Part shown: positions 39,660 through 50,109 of the stretch, piece by piece
How positions within the stretch are numbered: the stretch's first letter is position 1
Layout of the letters: every line of letters starts with the position of its first letter
Notes under the pieces: generated by a model
Database searches by the model: none
The model's input: only the letters and a program-made list of their open reading frames with translations
What the model was told of the DNA's origin: nothing
Origin: Candidatus Latescibacterota bacterium
Lineage (GTDB): Bacteria > Latescibacterota > UBA2968 > UBA8231
Length of the DNA: 64,000 bases
Direction: 5' to 3'
Assembly (NCBI GenBank): GCA_965204725.1
Contig: OZ242005.1
Location: 5,056,001 to 5,120,000 of the forward strand
Position numbers and translations under genes: made by a program

Positions 39660-39711
39660 GCGGTTCCCGCTCCGTCCGGGGTCGAGGGCAAGATGCCCTC
39701 GACCCTTGGAA
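39660..39711. repeat. REP-like palindrome, single-hairpin copy between convergent genes
   Basis: GGGTCGAGGGCA-AGA-TGCCCTCGACCC with the same flanks as 8419-8490. Confidence 0.8.
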
Positions 39712-39713
39712 AA

Positions 39714-42053
39714 TTAGTAGATGACCGCGACCGAGCGCACAGCCGCGTCCTCGCCGGCCGCAGCCCCGAGATCGATGTGGCACAAATACAGCCCCGGAGG
39801 CACCAGCGCCCCTTGGGCATCGCGCCCGGACCAAGTGTACGAGGCAACGTCGCCGCTCATCCCGGCCAACTCAACCACCACCCGCCCGGCCAAGTCGAGG
39901 ATCCGCACTTGCGGCATGGCGTCCTCGACCTTAAAAACCACGAACCGAATATGCACCTGATCGTGGATGCCGTCGCCGTTGGGCGTGAAGGCGACGGGAG
40001 ACACCTCCAAATCGCCGATGAGTCGGTCGCTGCCGGTCAGGGCCGGCAGGAGCACCACGTTGGCGCGCCGAAAAGCGGCCTCGACCGACTGCCAAAGGCC
40101 CGGCCGGTCTTGGTGGCCAAGCTCCGCGCTAAAGACCGCGGCATTGCGCCATAGGCGGGCGGTGAAATGGACTGCTAGCGAGTCGCCGCCGACGGGCTGG
40201 GCCAAAGTCACCAATAGCGAGTCGCCCCGCTGCGAGACCTCGGCTGGGACGATGGCCTCGCCCGCGAGATCCACCTCCACCGCTGTGGCCTTCAGCCAGC
40301 CGCCGGGGGCGATGAGCCGCAGCTGGTCGAAGCCGCTGTCGTCCTCAGTCGCGGCCGGCCACAGCGTATAGGTAAAGCGCGTGTCCTCGTTGGGCTGGGC
40401 CTCGCGCGGCCAGATCTGGCCCTTGGCCTCGGTCACCAAGGCGTCCTCAAACTCGATCGCTAGGGAACGCAACACGGGAGCAACCCGCGGATCCTCGGTT
40501 GACAGCAAAGCCTCTAGCTGGACGAAGCGCCGCGGGCTATCCGACTGGAAGGCTTCGCCCGAAAGCTGATAGACATTGCTCCACGCGCCCCAATCTTCGC
40601 CTACGACCAGCGTAGTATCGACCCGGCCGCGCAGCACCTTGGGCGAGCTAAGCCATTTCTCTTCGGTGACCGCTTCGCCGATCTTGTTGTGATATGCGTA
40701 CTCCTCGCTGAGGACCGCGCCCGAGCGGGAGCGCAGTTGCATCCGCGTCCCCACGGGCAAATCCGCCTCCCACGACAGGTTCCTAATGGCCTTGGGGCGG
40801 CCGTCGCCAACGATCTGGCCCAAGTCGATAAAGCCCGAGCGCAGCACGACTTGCGCCGGGTAGCCGGGCGAAAAAAGCATGAGTTCGGCCGCGCGGGCGT
40901 GCCACTCTTGCTCGGTGAGAAAGCCGTGCCAGAATAGGTAGCGCACCTTGCGCGGCTCGAATAGGTAGCGATAGTGCCGCTCGGGAGTGGTCGCGGGGTT
41001 TTGCTCGTTGCCGTGGGCCACCAGTCTGTCGTAATCCACCTCGCCCGCGGTCGTGCGCCGACCGTCCGAGACCAAAAAGGCGAATCCCGTGCCCCCGTTG
41101 CGCACCGACGAGCCGGAAGCCCCTTCGCCTCGGTCGTTGAAGTAGAGGAAGATTTCGTCAATCCAGAACTGGGCGCCTAGATCCAACTCCCACCACAGCC
41201 CTTCGTTGCGCCAGCCAGAGGTCGCTCGATAGGTCGTGAACTTATTGGCATAAGTATTCATGTCGCCGTCGATCAAGCCCTCCACGTCTCGCACGACGAG
41301 GCCGGTTGCAAAGACCCCACCGCGCTCTAGGACCCCGAGGCTGAGGTTGTCGCCGACCGCGCGGATCTCGACTTCGGCGAGGGCCGCGCCCGCACTCTGC
41401 TCATCGACGCCGATGCGAATGTACTGGATGACCCGGAAGCGCGCCGCGTCCTCCAGCACCGCGTCCAAGCCGGGGTCTAAGACCCGCGTGGTGTCGTTGC
41501 GCCCGTTTAGCCCGATGCGGATCTCGGTCTGTTCGTTGGGCAAGGTCGTCTGATACACCGACTCAAAGCGGAAAAGATCCTTCCGGGGGTCGATCGTCGC
41601 CCCGGTCGATACATAGACGGTAAACTGCCGCAGGGGGCGGGCGCCTTCTTGGTTGGGGAAGCGCAAGAGCAGCTCTTGGGCCAACACCGCCCGGCCCAAG
41701 TCGATCTCGACTTCCCACTTGGCCAGCGGATCGGCCGGATCGGGCTGCCAGAACGTGTCGGCGTCGCCGTCGATGATCTTAAAGGCGTCGCTCGGATTGG
41801 ACCCAGCCCGAAAGATGCCGCCCTGCACGGCTTTCCGCTCCATTGTATCGTGGAAAAATTCACCCGCATTGCCTACGGGATCGATGTCCTTGCGGAACTT
41901 GACCAGTTCTAGGGCACCAGTTGGGCTAAGTTGCACCAGCCCTTGCGGGAGCTGCCAAGTTTGCCACTTTTCCGCGCTGTCGAAGGTAAAAACCTCGGCA
42001 GCGAGGGGGCTGGCCCACGAGCAGAACATCGCACAGAAGAGAAAAGCCGCCAT
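39714..42053 (-). CDS. Secreted protein with discoidin-like domains and C-terminal FlgD-Ig/CHU_C-like domain
   Basis: Signal peptide; IDGDADTFW, EIDLGR, ELDLG; C-terminal FTPNGDGIHD...ILDLAG...WSGRD..G..VPPGLY. Confidence 0.8.
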   Translation of the reverse strand: MAAFLFCAMFCSWASPLAAEVFTFDSAEKWQTWQLPQGLVQLSPTGALELVKFRKDIDPVGNAGEFFHDTMERKAVQGGIFRAGSNPSDAFKIIDGDADTFWQPDPADPLAKWEVEIDLGRAVLAQELLLRFPNQEGARPLRQFTVYVSTGATIDPRKDLFRFESVYQTTLPNEQTEIRIGLNGRNDTTRVLDPGLDAVLEDAARFRVIQYIRIGVDEQSAGAALAEVEIRAVGDNLSLGVLERGGVFATGLVVRDVEGLIDGDMNTYANKFTTYRATSGWRNEGLWWELDLGAQFWIDEIFLYFNDRGEGASGSSVRNGGTGFAFLVSDGRRTTAGEVDYDRLVAHGNEQNPATTPERHYRYLFEPRKVRYLFWHGFLTEQEWHARAAELMLFSPGYPAQVVLRSGFIDLGQIVGDGRPKAIRNLSWEADLPVGTRMQLRSRSGAVLSEEYAYHNKIGEAVTEEKWLSSPKVLRGRVDTTLVVGEDWGAWSNVYQLSGEAFQSDSPRRFVQLEALLSTEDPRVAPVLRSLAIEFEDALVTEAKGQIWPREAQPNEDTRFTYTLWPAATEDDSGFDQLRLIAPGGWLKATAVEVDLAGEAIVPAEVSQRGDSLLVTLAQPVGGDSLAVHFTARLWRNAAVFSAELGHQDRPGLWQSVEAAFRRANVVLLPALTGSDRLIGDLEVSPVAFTPNGDGIHDQVHIRFVVFKVEDAMPQVRILDLAGRVVVELAGMSGDVASYTWSGRDAQGALVPPGLYLCHIDLGAAAGEDAAVRSVAVIY

Positions 42054-42062
42054 GCGTTGCGC

Positions 42063-44057
42063 TCAATAGGCCAAGCCAACGGGCTGGAGCGTGCGCCCGC
42101 GCTCGGCCTCGGTCTTTAGAGTCAAATCCAATAAGTACAGGCCCGGGGGCAGGAGCACCCCCTGCTCGTCGCGGCCGTCCCAAAAGGCCCGCTGCGGCCC
42201 CGTGCCCTGCACACCGACCACCACGTGGGCGCGGCGGTTGCCTGCTAAGTCGTACACATCAAGCACCACCGGTACGGGCGCGGGCAGCAGAAAGAGCGAG
42301 TACTCTAGGACTGAGCGGTCGTTGACCCCGTCGCCGTTGGGCGTGACGACCCCGCTCGACAAGCGCACGCGCCGGACGATGTCCGAGGCCGTATCCGCAG
42401 TGCCGAGCACCCGCAGGCTATTGGTGGAGACCGCGACGCTGGCGTCGCCCGGCTCAATCGGCTGCGGCAGGCGGCTGTCGTCCTCGGTCAATACCTCGCC
42501 GGTAAAGGTCGTCGCCCGCGCAAAAATTTCCGCGGCAAAAACGACGCGCAACGGCTCGTTGGACTCGGCAGTTACCCTGTGCGGCAGGAGCACCTCCAAG
42601 CTGGCGTCGCCTTCGACTACGGCCTGCGGCTCGATGGCTGCGAGCGGCTCGCCCATTTCCAAGCGCGCAAACTCGGGCGCAATCCCCGTGTGGATCCGCA
42701 CCCGGTCAAAGCCTCCTTCAGCCGCGTTGGCAAACGAGGCGCGCACGTCGTACACAAACGTCTCCCGCGCCCCCAGCTCAACTTGGACAAAACCTAGGGC
42801 GGGCTGTAGGTCGGCGGCGCGTGCAATCTCGCCGACGACTTGATCGGCCAGCGGCGGCGAGGTTTCAATCCACAGCGAATCGAGCACCACCCAGTCGTCA
42901 AAAGCTCGGCTTTGCAGGGTGATTTGGACCTGCAAGTGCGAGCCGTTGCGCAAGTCGAGCCAAGTGCCGGATTCCGCGATGGGGCTGGACCAAAAAGACC
43001 AGTTCTCGCTATCGTACCCAATGGAAGCGCGGATGCCGGGCTGGCGGTCAATTTGCAGGATTCCCTCGGTTTCGGGCAGGCGCAATTCGCCTTCGTAGCG
43101 CGCGCGGGTCACCGCAAACTCCCGGCCCGAGTCCGTGTACTCGTAGTAGATGTTGGGGTCGCCATCGCGGCCGGTTCGCACCTCCACCTCCACCCACGCC
43201 TCGGCGTCGGGCGCGGCCACGGCCTCTTCGCCAACCATCCGCATATTGCGGGCGGCCCACGCCAAGCGGCCAAAATTGACCTCGGCCCCCAAGTCGATGA
43301 TCTTGCTGCGATAGATCGCCCGCTTGGGGACGCCGCGGCCGGTGAGCACAAACTCGGCGATGGTGCCGCGCACCGTGTTGCTGTCGGTGGTGCGCTGCTC
43401 GTCCAGCGCGGATGCTTTGCGCTGGTAGCGCACAAAGCGCACGTATTGTTGGGGAAAATCGATCGCGACCTCTGAATCGAAGTTGACCGGCACGTCGGCG
43501 ATGAGGGTGTTTAAGCGGTGATAGTCCTTTTGCGCGAGGATGTCGCTGGCCTCGGCGGCGATGCTCACCTCAAAGGCCGGCACGGGGTCTTGGTTGAGCG
43601 GTACGCCGTCGGAGCGAACTCCCTCGGTCGGCGTGGCAAACCCAAAGCGCGTGGCCGGCACGGGGACGCCGATGTCTATGGTCCACCAGCCGTCGCGGGC
43701 CGTGTTGTACGTGCTCCGCAGCCCATCCACGTAGAGCGGGCTGTCGTAGTACGAGGTCTGATTGACGTTGGTGCCGTCGCCGTACCACAACCGCGGCTGA
43801 TGGCCGTTGATGTAGCCCAACTCGCGCGGGGCGATCAGTTCGGACCAACCCGCTACCGACAGGAACATGTTGTCGCCAGCGGCAAAATACACGGGCTGAA
43901 TGCGCTCGGCGTTGATGTCCATGATGACCCGCGTGGTGTCGCTTTCTTCCCACGCCAGCCCGGCCCCGCCGATTTGCCACAGCGATATTCGCGCTTCTGC
44001 CGAGGAGCCCAGCACCAGCGCGATCAGTGCAATGCTGTACATCGGTGCGCGTACCAT
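42063..44057 (-). CDS. Secreted protein with C-terminal FlgD-Ig/CHU_C-like domain (paralogue of neighbour)
   Basis: Signal peptide; YRSKIIDLG, WSFWS, GGFDRV; TPNGDGVND...VYDLAG...WDGRD..G..LPPGLY. Confidence 0.8.
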   Translation of the reverse strand: MVRAPMYSIALIALVLGSSAEARISLWQIGGAGLAWEESDTTRVIMDINAERIQPVYFAAGDNMFLSVAGWSELIAPRELGYINGHQPRLWYGDGTNVNQTSYYDSPLYVDGLRSTYNTARDGWWTIDIGVPVPATRFGFATPTEGVRSDGVPLNQDPVPAFEVSIAAEASDILAQKDYHRLNTLIADVPVNFDSEVAIDFPQQYVRFVRYQRKASALDEQRTTDSNTVRGTIAEFVLTGRGVPKRAIYRSKIIDLGAEVNFGRLAWAARNMRMVGEEAVAAPDAEAWVEVEVRTGRDGDPNIYYEYTDSGREFAVTRARYEGELRLPETEGILQIDRQPGIRASIGYDSENWSFWSSPIAESGTWLDLRNGSHLQVQITLQSRAFDDWVVLDSLWIETSPPLADQVVGEIARAADLQPALGFVQVELGARETFVYDVRASFANAAEGGFDRVRIHTGIAPEFARLEMGEPLAAIEPQAVVEGDASLEVLLPHRVTAESNEPLRVVFAAEIFARATTFTGEVLTEDDSRLPQPIEPGDASVAVSTNSLRVLGTADTASDIVRRVRLSSGVVTPNGDGVNDRSVLEYSLFLLPAPVPVVLDVYDLAGNRRAHVVVGVQGTGPQRAFWDGRDEQGVLLPPGLYLLDLTLKTEAERGRTLQPVGLAY

Positions 44058-44177
44058 CACGCCCTCCCAGTTGAACGGCACTCAATATAACGCAACGCGC
44101 CAAGGCAAGCTATTGACGCGAGCGCGTCTCGCTCCCTTTATATGCCCATCTTTCCAACCCCAACAAGGAGCTTTTCC

Positions 44178-44903
44178 ATGGGCAAATCAGGGTACGACGA
44201 TACCCCCCTGCTCCCCAACTCTCCCTATTGCGTCCACGATCACCGGCGACCGGCCCCAGCGGTCGTGACACCCGGCCGCGACAACAGCCCCCCCGCCGAC
44301 GCGGTCGTCCTTTTCGACGGGTCCCATCTCGATAGCTGGCAGAGTGCCAACGGCGGCGACGCCTCTTGGCGGGTGGCCGACGGATACATGGAGGTCGCGC
44401 CCCGCACCGGCGACATCGTGAGTACGGTGCGCTTTGGCGATGTCCAGTACCACCTCGAATTCGCTTGTCCCAGCGAGGTCAAAGGCGACAGCCAAGGGCG
44501 CGGCAACAGCGGCGTCTTTCTCATGAGCCGATACGAGATCCAAGTCCTCGACGGGTACGACAACCCCACGTACGCCGACGGCACCACGGCCGCCGTCTAT
44601 GGCGAGTACCCACCGCTGGTCAACGCCTGCCGCCCGCCCGGCGAATGGCAGACCTACGACATCTTCTGGCAGGCCCCGCGCTTCAACGGCACCGAGTTGG
44701 TCAGCCCGGCCTATCTCACTTTGGTCCACAACGGCGTCTTGGTCCACCACCACGTCGAGGTTTTAGGCCCCACCGGCCACCGCGGCGTCTATCGCTACGA
44801 AGCGCACCCTCCCACCGGCCCGCTCCGCTTGCAAGACCACGGCGATTTAGTGCGCTATCGAAATATCTGGGCGCGGCCCGTCAAGGGGTACGACGAAGGC
44901 TGA
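44178..44903 (+). CDS. DUF1080 (3-keto-disaccharide hydrolase-like) protein
   Basis: VLFDG, GNSGVF, YEIQVLD, GEWQTYDI, LQDHG, YRNIW. Confidence 0.92.
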   Translation: MGKSGYDDTPLLPNSPYCVHDHRRPAPAVVTPGRDNSPPADAVVLFDGSHLDSWQSANGGDASWRVADGYMEVAPRTGDIVSTVRFGDVQYHLEFACPSEVKGDSQGRGNSGVFLMSRYEIQVLDGYDNPTYADGTTAAVYGEYPPLVNACRPPGEWQTYDIFWQAPRFNGTELVSPAYLTLVHNGVLVHHHVEVLGPTGHRGVYRYEAHPPTGPLRLQDHGDLVRYRNIWARPVKGYDEG

Positions 44904-44950
44904 TGGATCGTTGGGGTCGCTGACGCGGGCGTTTGTAACCCAGTAAACGG

Positions 44951-44993
44951 ATACCTTGAAATCTGTGCGGCGATCGCTCATATTTCAAGGTAT
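44951..44993 (+). promoter_or_regulatory. Perfect 12-bp inverted repeat (19-nt spacer) overlapping the start codon; putative operator
   Basis: ATACCTTGAAAT-N19-ATTTCAAGGTAT. Confidence 0.55.
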
Positions 44994-46152
44994 GCAGATT
45001 GCTCGCCAACATCACTTGCGTCGAGTGAAGCGGCTCTTGCGGGAGTTTCCCGTCGTCGCACTCTTGGGAGCCCGGCAAGTCGGCAAATCTACCCTCGCTC
45101 GCCAGATCGTGGCTTCGCGCCGCGCTCCGGCTACTTGGTTTGACTTGGAGAACCCGGCCGATCTCGCGCGCTTGGCCGATCCCGGCCTCGAACTGCGTCC
45201 CCTCCGGGGACTCGTCGTCTTAGACGAAATCCACCGGCTCCCCGATGTGTTCCCGCTGCTGCGCGTCCTCGCGGACCGGCCGCGGACGCCGGCCCGATTT
45301 CTCGTGCTGGGCAGTGCCTCTCCCGACTTACTCCGGCAGACCTCCGAGACGCTTGCCGGGCGCGTGGCCTTCCACGAGTTGGAAGGCTTTGGACTGCGCG
45401 AGGTCGGCGATCTAGAGCGGCTCTGGCTGCGCGGCGGCTTCCCGCTTTCTTATCTGGCGCGATCCGCTCCGGCGAGCCGACGCTGGCTCGACAACTTCAT
45501 CCGCACTTTCCTCGAACGCGATGTCCTCGCATTCGACAATTTGGTCCCATCGGCGACCTTGCGTCGCTTCTGGACCATGCTCGCCCACTGGCACGGCCAA
45601 CTGTGGAATGGCACTGAGTTTGGGCGGGCGTTTGGCGTGTCTCATACTACGATCCGGCGCTATCTCGATCTGATGACTTCGGTCTTTGTGGTTCGGCAGC
45701 TCCAGCCTTGGTACGAAAACATCGGCAAGCGACAGGTGCGCTCGCCTAAGATATACATTGGCGACTCGGGCGTCCTACACGCCCTGCTGGGCCTGACCAC
45801 CCGCGAGCAAATCGTTTCGCATCCCAAGGTGGGGGCCTCTTGGGAGGGATTCGTCGTGCAACAAATCATCCACCTGCTCGCCGCCCACCCCGAGCAATGC
45901 TTCCACTGGTCCACCCACTCCGGCGCCCAACTCGATTTGCTCGTCGTCGCTGGCAACCGACGCTACGGCTTTGAGATCAAGCGGACTGAGGCCCCGCGCC
46001 GGACGCCCTCAATGCGCTCGGCGGTCGAGACTTTGGGGCTGGAGCGTCTCGATGTGGTCCACGCCGGGCCGGACCGCTACGCGCTAGCCCCACACATCCG
46101 CGCTCTGCCCGCTGCCCAGCTCGTGCGAGAGCTTAGACCGTTGCGCGGCTGA
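44992..46152 (+). CDS. AAA_14 + DUF4143 ATP-binding protein (paralogue of 5147-6292)
   Basis: GARQVGKS, DLENPADLARL, LDEIH, LGSAS, RGGFP, SPKIYIGDSG, GFEIK. Confidence 0.9.
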   Translation: MQIARQHHLRRVKRLLREFPVVALLGARQVGKSTLARQIVASRRAPATWFDLENPADLARLADPGLELRPLRGLVVLDEIHRLPDVFPLLRVLADRPRTPARFLVLGSASPDLLRQTSETLAGRVAFHELEGFGLREVGDLERLWLRGGFPLSYLARSAPASRRWLDNFIRTFLERDVLAFDNLVPSATLRRFWTMLAHWHGQLWNGTEFGRAFGVSHTTIRRYLDLMTSVFVVRQLQPWYENIGKRQVRSPKIYIGDSGVLHALLGLTTREQIVSHPKVGASWEGFVVQQIIHLLAAHPEQCFHWSTHSGAQLDLLVVAGNRRYGFEIKRTEAPRRTPSMRSAVETLGLERLDVVHAGPDRYALAPHIRALPAAQLVRELRPLRG

Positions 46153-46193
46153 TTATCCGCCGAGTACACTCGCTCCACCGCACCGCGCCCTAG

Positions 46194-48095
46194 TCAGCCC
46201 ACCAAAACCCGCACATCTCCCCGCCGCACCGTCAGGCCCTCGGCGTCAAAATAGCCCAAAAGCGCCATGGCGCATTTGCGGTTGCTGCCGATCAGGGTGC
46301 GGAATTCAGCGACCGCAATCTCGCCATCGCGCTCGAGAACGTCGCTCAGCAACGTCCGAGCACGGGCGAGGGCCTCGCAGTAAATCAGCAAGCCTCCCTC
46401 CAACGAGACGACCTCCCCCAGTGCTTGCAGCGCTTGCAGCATATCCGCCACTTCGGCCCGCGGGGCGTCGAGGGCTTGGGCTAGCTCGGCCAGCGTCGGC
46501 AAGTCGGCGAAATTCGCGGTGTTGAGCCGCGCCTCCACGGCCGCTTTAAGCACCTCTTGCTGCGGGGTGAAGCATATTCGGTGCGACGCGGCCCGCACTA
46601 CGGCTCCGTCCAGCACGACCCGCCCGGCTTCCGCCAAGTAGCGCAACACGCAGTCGAACAATTCGGGCTGGACGTAGCGCGCGCTCAAATTGCGTAGCTC
46701 CTCGCGCGGCAATCCCAACTTGAGCGGCTGGGCGCGGTGAAAGCGGGCGAGCGCGGCCTCGATCTGCGCCCCCCAGTGCTCGCACACGTCGAGATGCAAA
46801 ACGTGCGTTTGCCCCTCCGACGCCACGCGCACGGCGCGGCCCGCCGCTACGAGCGCGTCCGTCCAACGCGCCAACCGCTCCACGCCGAGGCCCAGCTCGC
46901 CGGCCAACGCCTGCTCGCTCTTGAGCCGGTGGTCCGCACAGCGGAGCCAGCACTCCACGACTGCGGGCAGGTCGTCTTGGGTCAACGCCTGCAAATGCGC
47001 GAGCAACGCTGGCTCGAAGCGCCGGTGCTTGGCTGGGTGCGGGTTGAGCACACGGCCGCCGCCAATCGTCAGGGCTGGCGAGTACCGGCGCAGCACAAAG
47101 CGGTCGCCCCACGCCGCCACGACCGGAGCCTCCAAGCGAAGCTGGGCGAAACCCTCCTGCCCGGGCGTCAAGGGCCTAGCAGCGGGGAGGACGACCCGCG
47201 CCATGATCTCCCGCGTCCCCAAGTGTAGGCGTACGCGGGTGCGCGATGCCATGGGCATGGGGCTTGAGGCGAGGAGCTGCACTTGGGCGTCTAGCATCTG
47301 CGTAGGGCGAAAAAACCCGGGCGCGACCAGCGAGTGACCGCGCGTGAGTTGGCCCTGCTCCACGCCGGCTAAATTGATCGCAGCGCGGTCGCCGGCCCGC
47401 ACCGCTTGGACCGCGGCACCGTGCTGTTGCAAGCGGCGCACACGCGCCAATGGCCCTTCGGGCGCGACCTCGACGCGGTCGCCCTCGGCTAAGGCACCGG
47501 CCTGCACCGTGCCCGTACAGACCAGACCAAAGCCCTTGACCCCAAAGGCCCGATCTACGGGCAGGCGGAACGGCGCGTCGGTGCGCTTGGCTGCGGTGTC
47601 CTCGCCGAGGGCCAACAGCCGCTGCCGCAGCCGGTCAATGCCCGCGCCGCTGAGCGCGGAGACGCGAAAAATTTCGGCCGACGCCAAAAAAGTCCCGCCG
47701 ACAAACTCGCGCACCTCTTCCTCCACCAAGTCCAACCACTCCGCTTCCACCAAATCGGCCTTGTTGATCACCACCACCCCGCGCTCAACCCCCAAGAGCC
47801 GCAACACGTCGAGATGCTCCCGCGACTGCGGCATCACCCCGTCGTCTGCGGCAATGACCAGCATGGCCACGTCAATGGTGCTGACGCCCGCGACCATGGT
47901 CTTGACGAAGCGCTCGTGCCCGGGCACGTCGATGATCGTGGCTTGGTCTCCCAAAAAGGCAAAGCCGAGTTCAATGGTAATCCCGCGCACCCGCTCTTCT
48001 GGGGCTTGGTCGGTATCCATGCCGGTCAGGGCCTTGACCAACCGGGTTTTGCCGTGGTCAATGTGCCCGGCCGTGCCAATCACTGTATGCGCCAT
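46194..48095 (-). CDS. selB: Selenocysteine-specific elongation factor SelB
   Basis: [38 protein letters not shown]-terminal w[17 protein letters not shown]. Confidence 0.95.
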   Translation of the reverse strand: MAHTVIGTAGHIDHGKTRLVKALTGMDTDQAPEERVRGITIELGFAFLGDQATIIDVPGHERFVKTMVAGVSTIDVAMLVIAADDGVMPQSREHLDVLRLLGVERGVVVINKADLVEAEWLDLVEEEVREFVGGTFLASAEIFRVSALSGAGIDRLRQRLLALGEDTAAKRTDAPFRLPVDRAFGVKGFGLVCTGTVQAGALAEGDRVEVAPEGPLARVRRLQQHGAAVQAVRAGDRAAINLAGVEQGQLTRGHSLVAPGFFRPTQMLDAQVQLLASSPMPMASRTRVRLHLGTREIMARVVLPAARPLTPGQEGFAQLRLEAPVVAAWGDRFVLRRYSPALTIGGGRVLNPHPAKHRRFEPALLAHLQALTQDDLPAVVECWLRCADHRLKSEQALAGELGLGVERLARWTDALVAAGRAVRVASEGQTHVLHLDVCEHWGAQIEAALARFHRAQPLKLGLPREELRNLSARYVQPELFDCVLRYLAEAGRVVLDGAVVRAASHRICFTPQQEVLKAAVEARLNTANFADLPTLAELAQALDAPRAEVADMLQALQALGEVVSLEGGLLIYCEALARARTLLSDVLERDGEIAVAEFRTLIGSNRKCAMALLGYFDAEGLTVRRGDVRVLVG

Positions 48096-48174
48096 CTGTT
48101 CAATGTCCTCGCTTGACGTGCTCTTCCTTGCCTATATTATGTCCAATTCCGCGGCCCCAACAAGGAGCTTCTCC

Positions 48175-48909
48175 ATGTACCTCAAGCACCTGCGTCCCTA
48201 CCAACTCACCAATGCGGTGGCCCAAGGGCATCCCCTGCTCGTGCCGGCCGGCTGCATCGAGACCCACGGCCCACACATGGCCATCGGCCACGACACCCTT
48301 ATCGTCGAGGCGATCTGCGACCGCGTGGCCGCACGCACTCCGTGCGCCATTGCCCCGTCGTTTGACTACGGCCCCACCGGCTATGCCCTCGGCGGCCCGG
48401 CCGACGGGACCATCGACCCGGACTACGACGCCTTTGGCCGCTTGGTCAAGAGCATCCTGCGCAACTTTCTCGAGATGGGCTTTCGCAAGACCTATGTCAT
48501 CATCATGCACCAAGGCATGGGCGGTCCCCTCGCCTTGGCCTTTAGCAAGGCCGCGGCCGAGCTGGCGTTTGAGCAGGTGCTCGCCGCGGGGCATCCACGC
48601 GGCTGGTGGGGCGACCGCGCCGCGCTCGACCGGGCCGGCTCTTGGGGCGGGCGCATTGAGGTCCAGCCCATGATCCTCCCGGAATCGAGCCCGCCGGCCG
48701 GGGGCGATCACGCCGGATACAACGAGACCTCCTTCCTGCTTGCGGCCCGCCCCGAGCTGGTGGAGCAAGACCGCCTCGGCGACGCGCCGCCTTGGTACTG
48801 CCAGCAAGACGAAGCGCGCAACAGCTACACGGCCAACGCCGAGCACGGCCAAGCCATGATCGAGGCCGTCGTCGAGGCGTGGGTCGCCAAAATTGACGAG
48901 GAGCGCTAA
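48175..48909 (+). CDS. Creatininase-family protein
   Basis: [29 protein letters not shown]. Confidence 0.85.
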   Translation: MYLKHLRPYQLTNAVAQGHPLLVPAGCIETHGPHMAIGHDTLIVEAICDRVAARTPCAIAPSFDYGPTGYALGGPADGTIDPDYDAFGRLVKSILRNFLEMGFRKTYVIIMHQGMGGPLALAFSKAAAELAFEQVLAAGHPRGWWGDRAALDRAGSWGGRIEVQPMILPESSPPAGGDHAGYNETSFLLAARPELVEQDRLGDAPPWYCQQDEARNSYTANAEHGQAMIEAVVEAWVAKIDEER

Positions 48910-48910
48910 G

Positions 48911-49534
48911 ATGGCCCCAGTCCTAACCGTGCATCCCGACCGCCTCAAAGGCCGCCACATCGAGCGTGCCGCCGAGGTGTTGCGCCAAGGCGGCGTTCTC
49001 GTCTATCCCACCGATACGATCTACGGCCTCGGCTGCGACATCACCAACAAGCAGGCGATTGAGCGCGTGCAGCGCATCAAGGGGCGCGACAAAAAGAAGC
49101 CCATGTCCTTTGTGTGCGCCGACCTGACCCACATCAGCGACTACGCTCGCGTCTCCAACTACGCCCACCGCATCCTCAAGCAGTGCCTGCCGGGGGCGTA
49201 CACCTTTGTGTTGCCCGCTACCCGCCAGACGCCGCGCATCCTCCAAACCAAACAGAAGACGGTCGGCCTGCGGATTCCCGACCACCCGGTGCCGCTGGCC
49301 TTGGTCCGCGCCCTCGGCCAACCCATCCTGAGCACCAGCGCGAACTACGCCGATCAAGAAGTGCTGACCGAGCCTTGGGCTTTGGAGGAAGAGTTGGGGC
49401 CGCAAGTGGATTTGATCTTGGAGTGCGGGCCGCTGCCCGTGGAGGCTTCGAGCGTGGTGTCGTTGGTCGGGGATCGCGCCGAGGTGTTGCGGGCGGGCAA
49501 AGGGGATTTGCGCTTGTTTGTCGAGGGAAATTAG
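48911..49534 (+). CDS. Sua5/YciO/TsaC family threonylcarbamoyl-AMP synthase
   Basis: YPTDTIYGLGC, IKGR, PGAYTF, GLRIPD, STSAN. Confidence 0.92.
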   Translation: MAPVLTVHPDRLKGRHIERAAEVLRQGGVLVYPTDTIYGLGCDITNKQAIERVQRIKGRDKKKPMSFVCADLTHISDYARVSNYAHRILKQCLPGAYTFVLPATRQTPRILQTKQKTVGLRIPDHPVPLALVRALGQPILSTSANYADQEVLTEPWALEEELGPQVDLILECGPLPVEASSVVSLVGDRAEVLRAGKGDLRLFVEGN

Positions 49535-50109
49535 CGGTGCGTTCTTGGGCGACACACGGAGAAAGGCAGATCGGAATTGAGTTATCTCAATGCCTGTGTT
49601 ACTTAACTTTCGTCATCGATAGGGAGCGTCCGCAGTCACTTCATCAACGATGGCAAGAACCAAATTCGCTTATCAATCAGGAGGCCGCGGTTTTTCTCGA
49701 TTCAGATAGCCGGTGAAAGCCGCTTGTTTCAAGCCCCGTGCGGCCCTGTCGCTCGCGCCTTGTAGCTTGGTAGTTTACCTTGTTATACGCGGCAAGCGAC
49801 AAGAGGCTTGTACAAGGCGCAAGCGGCAAGCAACACGTAACGAAGAAACGGAGACACGTCATGGATACGAGCGGCAAGGACGTTAGAAACGTCGAGAGCG
49901 TCGTCGAGATCTTTAAGCACCCCCAAGAGTACTACCTGAATACGTTTGCGTGGCCCGACGAGCGGTTCTACGAGCGCGGCTTTTACTGGTGGCGTGGATC
50001 CAAGTGGCGAGCCGCACGGGCCGTATGCCACTGTCGACAAGGCGCGGCAAGCGGCGGAGAGGCACTTGCCGCAAGTGAAAGAAGTGTCTTCTAACCCCAA
50101 GGCAGGGAA

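Noticed and set aside
47344-48174. N-terminal 277 aa of the 521-aa ORF
   Set aside because: Antisense shadow of selB; the creatininase has its own RBS and ATG at 48175.
49780-50100. Overlapping 104/105-aa ORFs
   Set aside because: No motif or clear RBS; probably debris.
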